Assembly (NCBI GenBank): GCA_964473435.1
Contig: CAYYOP010000001.1
Span: 1 to 35,473, forward strand
From: an uncultured Muribaculaceae bacterium
Lineage (GTDB): Bacteria; Bacillota_I; Bacilli_A; RF39; UBA660
Length of the DNA stretch: 35,473 nucleotides
Reading direction: 5' to 3'
Numbering within the stretch: position 1 is the stretch's first letter; each line of letters begins with the position of its first letter. Below the pieces are notes generated by a model, which was not told the origin of the DNA, searched no databases, and worked only from the letters and a program-made list of their open reading frames with translations. Below, in pieces: positions 8,856 through 16,281 of the stretch. Made by a program: the position numbers and the translations under genes.

Positions 8856-8884
8856 ATTTTATCATAAATACTAATGATATTCAA
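8856..8884 (-). promoter_or_regulatory. Promoter of the three-gene operon
   Basis: Minus strand: TTGAAT (8884-8879), 17 nt spacer, TAAAAT (8861-8856). It lies immediately upstream of the GAGGTGAT SD. Confidence 0.6.
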
Positions 8885-8938
8885 ACAAAATGACGGATAT
8901 ATCAACCAAGTTTAATTTTTACTAATTACTTTTAAGCA

Positions 8939-8947
8939 TGATATAAT
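8939..8947 (+). promoter_or_regulatory. Extended -10 promoter element (TGaTATAAT)
   Basis: TGATATAAT lies about 18 nt before the AAGGTGA SD/ATG of the ASCH gene. The same TGnTATAAT form recurs upstream of several genes in this window. Confidence 0.5.
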
Positions 8948-8964
8948 TTAACAAGGTGAAATAT

Positions 8965-9330
8965 ATGAAAGCGTTAACAGTTAAAGAACCATTTGCAACT
9001 TTAATAGCTAAAGGAATAAAAAAATATGAATTTAGATCATGGAACACTAAATATAGAGGGGATATCTATATTCATGCTGGTAAAAGTTTTTATGAAAATA
9101 GTAAAGATTTTCCTTTTAGTTATCGTCCAAGTGAAATTATCGCTGTAGCTACAATTGTTGATGTGATTAAAATAACTGAAGAGATTGGACAAAAAATTCA
9201 TAATGAAAATCCAAAGGTTTATGGTCTTCATAATGATGGATTTGCTTGGGTTTTAAGTAATGTGAGACCTATAAATAATTCTGAAAAAATAAAAGGTAAA
9301 TTAGGATTGTGGAATTATGAAGAAAATTAG
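8965..9330 (+). CDS. ASCH (PUA-like) domain protein
   Basis: MKALTVKEPFATLIAKGIKKYEFRSW...IYIHAGK... is the typical ASCH N-terminal pattern. ATG 8965 is preferred over GTG 8956 because the GTG lies inside the AAGGTGA SD. Confidence 0.65.
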   Translation: MKALTVKEPFATLIAKGIKKYEFRSWNTKYRGDIYIHAGKSFYENSKDFPFSYRPSEIIAVATIVDVIKITEEIGQKIHNENPKVYGLHNDGFAWVLSNVRPINNSEKIKGKLGLWNYEEN

Positions 9331-10096
9331 TTTTATATTTATATCTTTTTTTATATTTCAAGTCAATGTTTATGCTAGCAAACAAGAAGTTTTATTTAAA
9401 AGATGCATTGATGGTGATACCGCAGTTTTTACTTTGAATGATATTGACGTAAAGGTTAGATTTTTAGCTATAGATACTCCGGAAACTGTCCATCCAAGTA
9501 AAGACGCTACTTTAGAAGGACAAAAAGCAAGCGACTATACTTGTAACAAAATTTCGAACGCTAATAAACTAGAATTAGAATATGACGTGAATAGCGACAA
9601 GACCGACAAATATAAACGTGATTTAGCTTGGATATGGGTAGATGATTATTTATTACAAAAAGAATTAGTTGAATTAGGTTTTGCAGAAGTTAAATACATC
9701 TACGGAGATTACTTATATACTGACGAACTATACTTAGCACAGGAAAGTGCTATAAAAGATAAAGTGGGAATTTGGAATGATTACAATTTTAAAAGTTATA
9801 TAGTTACTTTTGATGAGGGTGATTTTGAAAAGAAAGTTATAGTAAGTGAACATAGTAAAGTCAAATCATATCAACCAAACAAAAAAGGATATAAATTTAA
9901 AGGTTGGTATCATAAGAATAATTTATATGATTTCAACAATTATATAACTAAAGATATTAAATTAATCGCTGAGTATCAAAAAGTATATTCATTTGCTGAA
10001 GTCTTTCTTGGAATAAGCGTATTATTAATTATATTTATCACTAATAAAAGCAGTTTTAAGCGTATTTTAAAAAAGAAATTGAAGAAAATTATTTAA
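9317..10096 (+). CDS. Secreted/membrane-anchored thermonuclease (staphylococcal nuclease fold) with a C-terminal Listeria-Bacteroides-type repeat
   Basis: Signal peptide MKKISFIFISFFIFQVNVYA. SNase core: DGDT..F......VRFLAIDTPE...........G..AS.Y....DKY.R.LAWIWV. The KGYKFKGWY...YDFNN.ITKDIKLIAEY repeat follows. C-terminal hydrophobic anchor followed by a Lys-rich tail. Confidence 0.8.
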   Translation: MKKISFIFISFFIFQVNVYASKQEVLFKRCIDGDTAVFTLNDIDVKVRFLAIDTPETVHPSKDATLEGQKASDYTCNKISNANKLELEYDVNSDKTDKYKRDLAWIWVDDYLLQKELVELGFAEVKYIYGDYLYTDELYLAQESAIKDKVGIWNDYNFKSYIVTFDEGDFEKKVIVSEHSKVKSYQPNKKGYKFKGWYHKNNLYDFNNYITKDIKLIAEYQKVYSFAEVFLGISVLLIIFITNKSSFKRILKKKLKKII

Positions 10097-10098
10097 TA

Positions 10099-10107
10099 TG
10101 CTATAAT
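10099..10107 (+). promoter_or_regulatory. Extended -10 promoter element (TGcTATAAT)
   Basis: TGCTATAAT lies just after the nuclease stop and about 15 nt before the AGAAGGAG SD of the next gene. Confidence 0.45.
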
Positions 10108-10137
10108 TTTTTATAAGAATAGAAGGAGTGTTCAAAT

Positions 10138-11367
10138 ATGAATGATAAGAATGAATTTGAATTACCAAAAAGAGTAGACGGAATGCCTCAAAACATTGAA
10201 GCGATCCCTAATAATATAGAAATTAATAGCAATATTAATCACCATAATATTAATGATTTGTCTATTACTGAAGAACAAATAAATAATAAGATTGAAGAAC
10301 CGGTATTTCCAACTCCTGCTGGAGAAGTTGTAGAGACAATTAATATGGAACCAGACAGTAATGTTGGTAATGTTTCTGAATCTCCTTTTGAACCTTTAAG
10401 CGAAATTACTACTATGGAAATAAATCAAGAAGTTTCAGAACCAATAACAAATCCATTACCAACTCCTGAAGTGGTTAGTAATTTTGAACAAAATGTTCAA
10501 CCTATTATAGAACAGATTAGTAATCCTGATGTGATTAGCAGTCCTGAGCAAAATGTTCAACCTATTATTGAGCCGATAAGTACTGCTGATGTGGCTAGTA
10601 ATGTAGAGCAAAATGTTCAAGATATAAATCAACAAGTTCAACAAACTGTAGAACCTGTTACTACTCTTGAAACAGCGGGAATTGGCACTTTAAATATCGT
10701 TGAAGATAATCAAAATGTACCTATCACACCACAAAACAATGATCCAATACTTAACACTAACACAGAAATAAACAGCAATATTCCAACTGAACCTTTAAAT
10801 AAAAAAGTGGTTGTAGAAAAACCTGTAAAAAAAGAAAAATCAAATGGGAATCTCATCGTAGGATTTTTAGCTATATTATTAATATTAGCAATTATTGTTG
10901 TATCTTTTTATTATTTTGTGAAAATGGACTATATTAAATTACCAGATGATATCAAAGGTAAGATACCATTTATGGGAACAACCACAACTACGACTACAGC
11001 ACCAATAAAAAATAACGAGAACATAGATGATAACGAAAATAATATTCTTGAAACATTTACTGTAAATGGAAATTATTTAGAAGTAGAACCTATCGTTTGT
11101 AATGATGTCGGAACAGAATTAATTTTAAATGACGACGAAACATTTACATATACAAAATTAAATTTTAATGAAGAAATGAATGAGTGTAATAAAACAGAAA
11201 TTAATGGTACATATATAGCAAGAGATGGAATATTAAAACTAGTTTCATTAGAAAATCCTGAAGAAGTAATTAATGCTAATTACAATAAAATTGATACGAC
11301 TGTACAAATTTCTATTCCACTTGAAGATGGTCGCCATATAATATTAAACTCCACACTTGTAGGATGA
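10138..11367 (+). CDS. Hypothetical single-pass membrane protein with an acidic repeat-containing N-terminal half
   Basis: AGAAGGAG SD upstream. One central TM segment (LIVGFLAILLILAIIVVSFYYFV). Three tandem 20 aa repeats lie upstream of it, followed by a poly-Thr linker and a Cys-containing C-terminal domain. TGA stop overlaps the next ATG (ATGA). Confidence 0.7.
   Translation: MNDKNEFELPKRVDGMPQNIEAIPNNIEINSNINHHNINDLSITEEQINNKIEEPVFPTPAGEVVETINMEPDSNVGNVSESPFEPLSEITTMEINQEVSEPITNPLPTPEVVSNFEQNVQPIIEQISNPDVISSPEQNVQPIIEPISTADVASNVEQNVQDINQQVQQTVEPVTTLETAGIGTLNIVEDNQNVPITPQNNDPILNTNTEINSNIPTEPLNKKVVVEKPVKKEKSNGNLIVGFLAILLILAIIVVSFYYFVKMDYIKLPDDIKGKIPFMGTTTTTTTAPIKNNENIDDNENNILETFTVNGNYLEVEPIVCNDVGTELILNDDETFTYTKLNFNEEMNECNKTEINGTYIARDGILKLVSLENPEEVINANYNKIDTTVQISIPLEDGRHIILNSTLVG
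10462..10641 (+). repeat. 3 x 60 nt in-frame tandem repeat
   Basis: Units: TPEVVSNFEQNVQPIIEQIS / NPDVISSPEQNVQPIIEPIS / TADVASNVEQNVQDINQQVQ. The core caaaatgttcaacctattat is repeated at the nucleotide level. Confidence 0.8.
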
Positions 11368-11639
11368 TAATTAATGGTGAAAAAGTTGATTTTAATGATT
11401 TGTTAGACAATATTAATTGGGAAGATAATAAAAGAATTAAGGTTAACGACAATATTAACTTAACTAAATACCAAATAAGTATTTTAAAAAAGAACAACAT
11501 AAACTATGAATCTATTAATTCTTTAAATAATTTAATATATTTAATAAATGATGTCCTAAACGAAAATGATGACGAAGAATTAGAGTTCGTTTTAGAAGAA
11601 CTTTCTGAAAGAAACTATTATGAAAACACAAAAAAATAA
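11364..11639 (+). CDS. Hypothetical small acidic protein (91 aa)
   Basis: Translationally coupled to the upstream gene through an ATGA overlap. LTKYQISILKKNNINYESINSL loosely resembles a helix-hairpin-helix motif. No firm family call. Confidence 0.5.
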   Translation: MIINGEKVDFNDLLDNINWEDNKRIKVNDNINLTKYQISILKKNNINYESINSLNNLIYLINDVLNENDDEELEFVLEELSERNYYENTKK

Positions 11640-11668
11640 AGAACTAAAAATTTTCTAGTTCTTTTTTT
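11639..11668. terminator. Bidirectional rho-independent terminator
   Basis: Perfect 8 bp stem AAGAACTA (11639-11646) / TAGTTCTT (11656-11663) with a 9 nt loop. It has a T-run on the plus strand and an A-run upstream (a T-run on the minus strand). It lies between convergent genes and covers the stop of the minus-strand gene. Confidence 0.65.
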
Positions 11669-12776
11669 CTAACATTAATTTTAGTTTTAAAATATAATCA
11701 CTTTTCATAATTGGTATTAAGTTCTTTAAAACACGATGATTAGATTTTATAACCTCTAAATTAGAATACTGATTTGTTGCGTTTTTAGAAGATGTATATG
11801 GAAAAAGTTGATAATTTATTATATTATTTATTTGTGGTAAATAAAATTCAATGTATTTATTTAATTTTTCTTTCATTGTGTCTGATGTTATAAATCTGCG
11901 AATTAATAGTAACCTATTAAATAAGTCTTGGTTTAAAATAATTATGTCTCTATTGTCTAAGGATTCACTAAGTAGTCCTAGTTCTATCTCTGAAGCAATA
12001 AGTAAATTACGTTCTTCAACACTTAGCCCTCTATTGTCTTCTATATAATCTCTTTCATACTTATCAGTTGTTTTTTTTTCAAGCACTTTGATTATGTGAA
12101 TATTCTTATCAAATAAGTTTAAACCAATCTTTTTTACTGAACTACCAGTATTTTGTTTAGAAAATTGTATTATTGAAGGCTTAGAACTTTTAATAATGCT
12201 TTTAAGTTGTACAAGATCATTGTTTTTTTCTTTAATAAATGAATTGTTTTTTCCGAAAGTGTCTATTTTATAATTATAAAACACAACTAAAATATTAAGA
12301 TATAATCTATCTAATAATTCTACTAAAACAGTCTCTTCTGAATCAACTTCTAAAGTTTTTAACATTTCTTGATAGTAATGTTTTTGATTTTCATAATTAA
12401 CATCTTTTGAATTGATACGACTTTCTTCCAGTTGAGCAATTAAATCTGCAATTATTATTGATTTATTATTAATTGGTAAATTTTGGCAATTCTTAATTGA
12501 TATTTTTATTTTTTGTTGCCAATCATCGACGTCTGGAAAATTAGTTGTCATTATTAAACTTGATACTTCTCCACCAAAAAGTTGCGCTATATCATTAATT
12601 GAATATTCTGTGTTTTTCGTTACTTCGTGAAGATATCCTGCCGCAACCACTTTTTCATCAAAGTCATAACATTTTAAAATATCTCCAACTATTATAGAAC
12701 GGAATAAATTGGTATCTGTGTTATTTTTTTTATAACTATTTATAGCAAAATGAAATGCCCTTTCGCTAATTCTCAT
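11655..12776 (-). CDS. HD-superfamily protein with a divergent SpoT/RelA-hydrolase-like N-terminal domain plus a C-terminal region of about 250 aa of unknown function
   Basis: The N-terminal 130 aa align by eye to the (p)ppGpp-hydrolase HD domain: VVAAGYLHEVTKNT...I...FGGEVSSLI..T....IIIADLIAQLEE. HD is replaced by HE, EDT by KNT, and the first His position appears to be Arg. AAGGAG SD upstream. Confidence 0.55.
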   Translation of the reverse strand: MRISERAFHFAINSYKKNNTDTNLFRSIIVGDILKCYDFDEKVVAAGYLHEVTKNTEYSINDIAQLFGGEVSSLIMTTNFPDVDDWQQKIKISIKNCQNLPINNKSIIIADLIAQLEESRINSKDVNYENQKHYYQEMLKTLEVDSEETVLVELLDRLYLNILVVFYNYKIDTFGKNNSFIKEKNNDLVQLKSIIKSSKPSIIQFSKQNTGSSVKKIGLNLFDKNIHIIKVLEKKTTDKYERDYIEDNRGLSVEERNLLIASEIELGLLSESLDNRDIIILNQDLFNRLLLIRRFITSDTMKEKLNKYIEFYLPQINNIINYQLFPYTSSKNATNQYSNLEVIKSNHRVLKNLIPIMKSDYILKLKLMLEKKN

Positions 12777-12880
12777 TGGTATTGCTCCTTTAAATCAGAA
12801 ATTTATTATACTATTTATTTATTAAAAGTAAAGTATAATAGTTATAAGTTTTCTTCTTTTGTTTATAATAATTATATAAA

Positions 12881-13000
12881 GAAGATTTATATGTTATAAT
12901 TTATTAAAAAAAAGATTTATATGTTATAATTTATTAAAAAAAAGATTTATATGTTATAATTTATTAAAAAAAAGATTTATATGTTATATTTTATTAAAAA
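12881..13000 (+). repeat. 4 x 30 bp perfect-phase tandem repeat; each unit carries an extended -10 box and an A-tract
   Basis: Unit (g/a)AAGATTTATATGTTATAATTTATTAAAAA starts at 12881, 12911, 12941 and 12971. Copies 2 and 3 are identical. Copy 1 differs at its first base (G for A). Copy 4 has one change that turns TATAAT into TATATT. A degenerate extra copy (TGTTTATAATAATTATATAAA) precedes the array at about 12860-12880. Confidence 0.95.
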
Positions 13001-13030
13001 GAACAATTAATTTTCTTGGGGGAAAATATT

Positions 13031-14290
13031 ATGAACAATAAAAATATAAAACTAAAGTTACTTGACGATACAAACCATCTTGATAGTACTACTAAATTAA
13101 ATATTATGAATTTTTTTGTTTCTCAATATGATAATTATATTAATTTATATCCTAATTCAAATTTAGTGTTTTTTGATTTTGTTAAACTTAAAAGAATAAA
13201 CGATGAATTTACTCATTGCGGGGGAAATCAATGCCTTGTATCTTTTGCAAATGTCTTAAAAACTGCATTTCCTAATAGTTTAATTGCTAGAATACATGGT
13301 GATGAATTTTTACTTTTGACTAATCTTTCAAAAAAAGAGATAAACAAAATTTTAGATGAAAGTCACAATATAATTAAAGAACATTTTGACACGGATTTTA
13401 TTCCAGTCATTTATAAATTTAGTGCTGGTGTAGTTTCTGCTCAAAAAGATATAGATTCTACTATAAATAAAGCTGATGTCATGATGTATAAAGCTAAAAA
13501 GAACAATTTGACATATTTGAATTTTAATCAAGATATTTATGATCAAGTTAAAGAGGATGAAGAATTTTTAATTACTACTAGTAATGCTATTAATTCTAAT
13601 GAGTTAATTTTAGCTAAAAGAAATGTTTTCACAATAGATAAAACACCAACAAATATTTATGACGTTTATACTCGAAACTTAGATAATGAAAGCATTTTTA
13701 CAGAACAAAGATTAAAACTTCTATGTGAATCAAGTGAAATGAAAAAATTGGATTACTTAAATTTGAAAAAGATATTATTATCATACCAAATGATTGAGGA
13801 TGAAAAGATAATGGTTAATATTTATGCTAATTCTTTATTTAGTGTTGGATTTTCTTTTCCTAAATATATTCGAGAATTATATAACTCAATGCAGTTTGAT
13901 TCGAATAAATATATTATTTGTATTAATGTTACACATTTTTCAGATGATGTAGACGAGTTAATTTCTTATTTGAAAATCTTACAAAATTTAGATTTTAATA
14001 TTGCATTAAGTAGTTTTGATTTAGAAAATTTTAATCCACTTCTAAATATTTGGTCTAAAATTGATGTTAAGTATGTAAAAATAAATCCCGAACTTTGGAA
14101 AAATACTTATACTAACAATAAATATAAATCTGTTTTAAAAAATACTGTTCAAACATTTTCTGAAAATGATACTTTAACTATTTTTATGAAAGTAGAAAAT
14201 CAAAATGAAATTGATTATATAAATAATTTTTCAAGCAATTGTTTAATTGAAGGCAATGCAGTTGATGAAGAGAAAAAACTTATTATTTAA
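13031..14290 (+). CDS. GGDEF-EAL family protein with an HGDEF site and a degenerate EAL domain
   Basis: GGDEF fold: FFDFVKLKRINDEFTHCGGNQCL...ARIHGDEFLLL...KADVMMYKAKKNN. The C-terminal half aligns to EAL, but the catalytic positions are changed: ICINVTH for lEiTE, ALSSFDL for alDDFG, VKINPE for lKiD, FMKVENQNE for AEGVEt. ATG 13031 follows a GGGGGA SD by 7 nt. The TTG 13016 start in the ORF track is unlikely. Confidence 0.75.
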   Translation: MNNKNIKLKLLDDTNHLDSTTKLNIMNFFVSQYDNYINLYPNSNLVFFDFVKLKRINDEFTHCGGNQCLVSFANVLKTAFPNSLIARIHGDEFLLLTNLSKKEINKILDESHNIIKEHFDTDFIPVIYKFSAGVVSAQKDIDSTINKADVMMYKAKKNNLTYLNFNQDIYDQVKEDEEFLITTSNAINSNELILAKRNVFTIDKTPTNIYDVYTRNLDNESIFTEQRLKLLCESSEMKKLDYLNLKKILLSYQMIEDEKIMVNIYANSLFSVGFSFPKYIRELYNSMQFDSNKYIICINVTHFSDDVDELISYLKILQNLDFNIALSSFDLENFNPLLNIWSKIDVKYVKINPELWKNTYTNNKYKSVLKNTVQTFSENDTLTIFMKVENQNEIDYINNFSSNCLIEGNAVDEEKKLII

Positions 14291-14330
14291 AAACAGCTAT
14301 ATTATTGAAATTGTGCTTTTAATGAAAGCG

Positions 14331-14339
14331 TGATATAAT
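14331..14339 (+). promoter_or_regulatory. Extended -10 promoter element (TGaTATAAT)
   Basis: TGATATAAT lies about 25 nt upstream of ATG 14364. Confidence 0.4.
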
Positions 14340-14363
14340 TTATTATAATAATGGATGGTGAAT

Positions 14364-14549
14364 ATGAAAAAAAAGAAATCTTTTGGTATCATCACTTTGA
14401 TAGTAGGAATTATTTGTTTAATCTCTACGCTATTTTTATATAAGTATGCAAAAGTAGATGATGTTTTTTCTGTAGTATTAATGACTTTTTCAATCGTTAT
14501 TGGTATATATGGCTTATTCCAAATAATAAGAGACACTTATAATAATTAA
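14364..14549 (+). CDS. Small two-TM membrane protein (61 aa)
   Basis: MKKKKSFGIITLIVGIICLISTLFLY....VFSVVLMTFSIVIGIYGLFQII has two clear hydrophobic helices. A GGTGA SD and a TGATATAAT box lie upstream. Preferred over the antisense ORF 14297-14536. Confidence 0.55.
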   Translation: MKKKKSFGIITLIVGIICLISTLFLYKYAKVDDVFSVVLMTFSIVIGIYGLFQIIRDTYNN

Positions 14550-14565
14550 TTATAAGTTTTTTTTA

Positions 14566-14574
14566 TGATATAAT
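14566..14574 (+). promoter_or_regulatory. Extended -10 promoter element (TGaTATAAT)
   Basis: TGATATAAT lies 7 nt before the GGTGA SD of the 14590 gene. Confidence 0.45.
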
Positions 14575-14589
14575 TTAAATGGTGATAAT

Positions 14590-15426
14590 ATGTTTGTAAA
14601 ACCAATACGAAACAGTACTTTCTATACTAAACCACTTATAACTGGAAAAGTATTGTATAAAAACAATAAGATTTTAAACGAGATTAATACTCTTATTGTA
14701 CTAAACAAAAATGGTGATATTTTAACTACGTCATATATAGCAGATTTGTTTTTAATAGAGGAAGATATTAATGAAGTGTATCCACCAATCTTAAAAGAAA
14801 TAAGAAGTTCTACTAAAAAAAATAGAAAGAAAATAGAAAATAAATATGGAATTAATAATGACACAGTTGTTTTATTACATAATATTCTAATAGACATAGC
14901 AGACAAACCTGGAAAATTAAATATTATTAAACATAATTACTTAGATTTGGCTATTATAAAAATTGAACATAAAAGTAAAATACTTGTTGATAAATTTCCG
15001 ATGTTTAGTTTTACTTATGATGTAGGAACGATGGTTTGTGGAGTAGGATATGCTTTTCCTGAATTTGATACTTTTGAATTTGATAAAATGAACAATAAGA
15101 TGATTACTACTAATAAAGTTATGAATTTTCCTATCTTTCCATTAAACGGGATGATTACAAGGTTAATCAATGATCAAAATAATAAGTTAAGTATGTTTGA
15201 GACAAGTATGCAGGCAATACCAGGACAATATGGTGGTCCTGTTTTAAATAAAGAAGGTCATGTAATCGGAATGTTAATAGGAAGCAAAAAAATAACACAT
15301 TCTATTATTGATGATAATTTTTCTTTTTTAGATTTAGGTGTAGCAATAAATTCTTTCACTATTACAAAATTTTTAAATGAAAACGGCATAGAATATAATA
15401 AAATTGATAATAAGGTAGTGATTTAA
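14590..15426 (+). CDS. Trypsin-like (S1/PA-fold) protein, apparently catalytically inactive
   Basis: Fold motifs are present: GDILTTSYIADL (compare G.ilTnaHVv), YLDLAIIKI (compare DlAllki), IPGQYGGPVLNKEGHVIGMLIGS (compare G.SGGPv.n..G.viGi). His and Ser both read as Tyr; Asp is retained. No signal peptide. The stop overlaps the next ATG (TAATG). Confidence 0.6.
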   Translation: MFVKPIRNSTFYTKPLITGKVLYKNNKILNEINTLIVLNKNGDILTTSYIADLFLIEEDINEVYPPILKEIRSSTKKNRKKIENKYGINNDTVVLLHNILIDIADKPGKLNIIKHNYLDLAIIKIEHKSKILVDKFPMFSFTYDVGTMVCGVGYAFPEFDTFEFDKMNNKMITTNKVMNFPIFPLNGMITRLINDQNNKLSMFETSMQAIPGQYGGPVLNKEGHVIGMLIGSKKITHSIIDDNFSFLDLGVAINSFTITKFLNENGIEYNKIDNKVVI

Positions 15427-16274
15427 TGAATATAATAAAAGATAACATAAAATTAATTATTAAAATAATTAATATATTAATATTTTTCATTCCTATTTTT
15501 TATTTAGTGTATACTTACATAAAAAAAAGAAAGAGAAAGAAAAGAATAATGATCGGTCATTACTTAATAGCAATTATTTTAATGATGTCAATGATTTCAA
15601 TAAAATGGGGAGTGACTAAAATAAAAAATAATATAATGAATGATTATCCAGTTAATAGTAATTCAAATTATGTTGGAACAACATCTAAAGGATATATTAT
15701 AAATAAAAATGATGGAGCATATTATATAGATGATTATTTAATAGTTAATAAAAGTTATCCATTAGATGAAAACTGGAAACCTAAGAATACGTATGAACAA
15801 ATAAATGACGATATTTGTAAAAGTTGTATAGATAAAGTTGCTTTCGCTGAGTGGTTAAAAATGAAAAGTGATGCAGCAGGTATAGGACTTAATATTTACA
15901 TTGCTAGCGGATATAGATCGTATGATTATCAAGACGGATTATACAAAAATTATGTTTTAAAAGACGGAAAAAATGCTGCTGATACATATTCAGCTAGACC
16001 TGGTCATTCTGAACATCAAAGTGGTTTAGCATTTGATTTAAACACTATCGATTCATCTTTTGCTGCTACAGATGAAGGTAAATGGGTAGAAAACAACGCC
16101 TATATTTATGGTTTTATAATTAGATTCCCTAAAGATAAGTCTAAAGAAACGGGATATAAATATGAGCCATGGCATTTAAGATATGTCGGTGTAGATTTAG
16201 CAAAAAAATTATATAATAACGGAAAGTGGATAACGATGGAATCATATTTTGGAATTGATTCTAAGTATCAATAG
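15426..16274 (+). CDS. D-alanyl-D-alanine carboxypeptidase, VanY/M15B family, membrane-anchored
   Basis: N-terminal TM segments. YRSYDYQ..LY, the Zn-ligand motif SEHQSGLAFD (SxHxxGxAxD) and YEPWHLRYVG (ExxH). Confidence 0.85.
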   Translation: MNIIKDNIKLIIKIINILIFFIPIFYLVYTYIKKRKRKKRIMIGHYLIAIILMMSMISIKWGVTKIKNNIMNDYPVNSNSNYVGTTSKGYIINKNDGAYYIDDYLIVNKSYPLDENWKPKNTYEQINDDICKSCIDKVAFAEWLKMKSDAAGIGLNIYIASGYRSYDYQDGLYKNYVLKDGKNAADTYSARPGHSEHQSGLAFDLNTIDSSFAATDEGKWVENNAYIYGFIIRFPKDKSKETGYKYEPWHLRYVGVDLAKKLYNNGKWITMESYFGIDSKYQ

Positions 16275-16281
16275 AGGATTT

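Noticed and set aside
12881-13000. Possible CRISPR array (regular 30 bp repeats)
   Set aside because: The units abut directly with no unique spacers. They are pure AT-rich promoter-like sequence, and no cas genes are nearby.
14297-14536. 79 aa minus-strand ORF overlapping the small membrane-protein ORF
   Set aside because: The plus-strand ORF has an SD, an upstream TGATATAAT box and two clean TM helices. The minus-strand ORF has none of these and would collide with the convergent end of the GGDEF-EAL gene.
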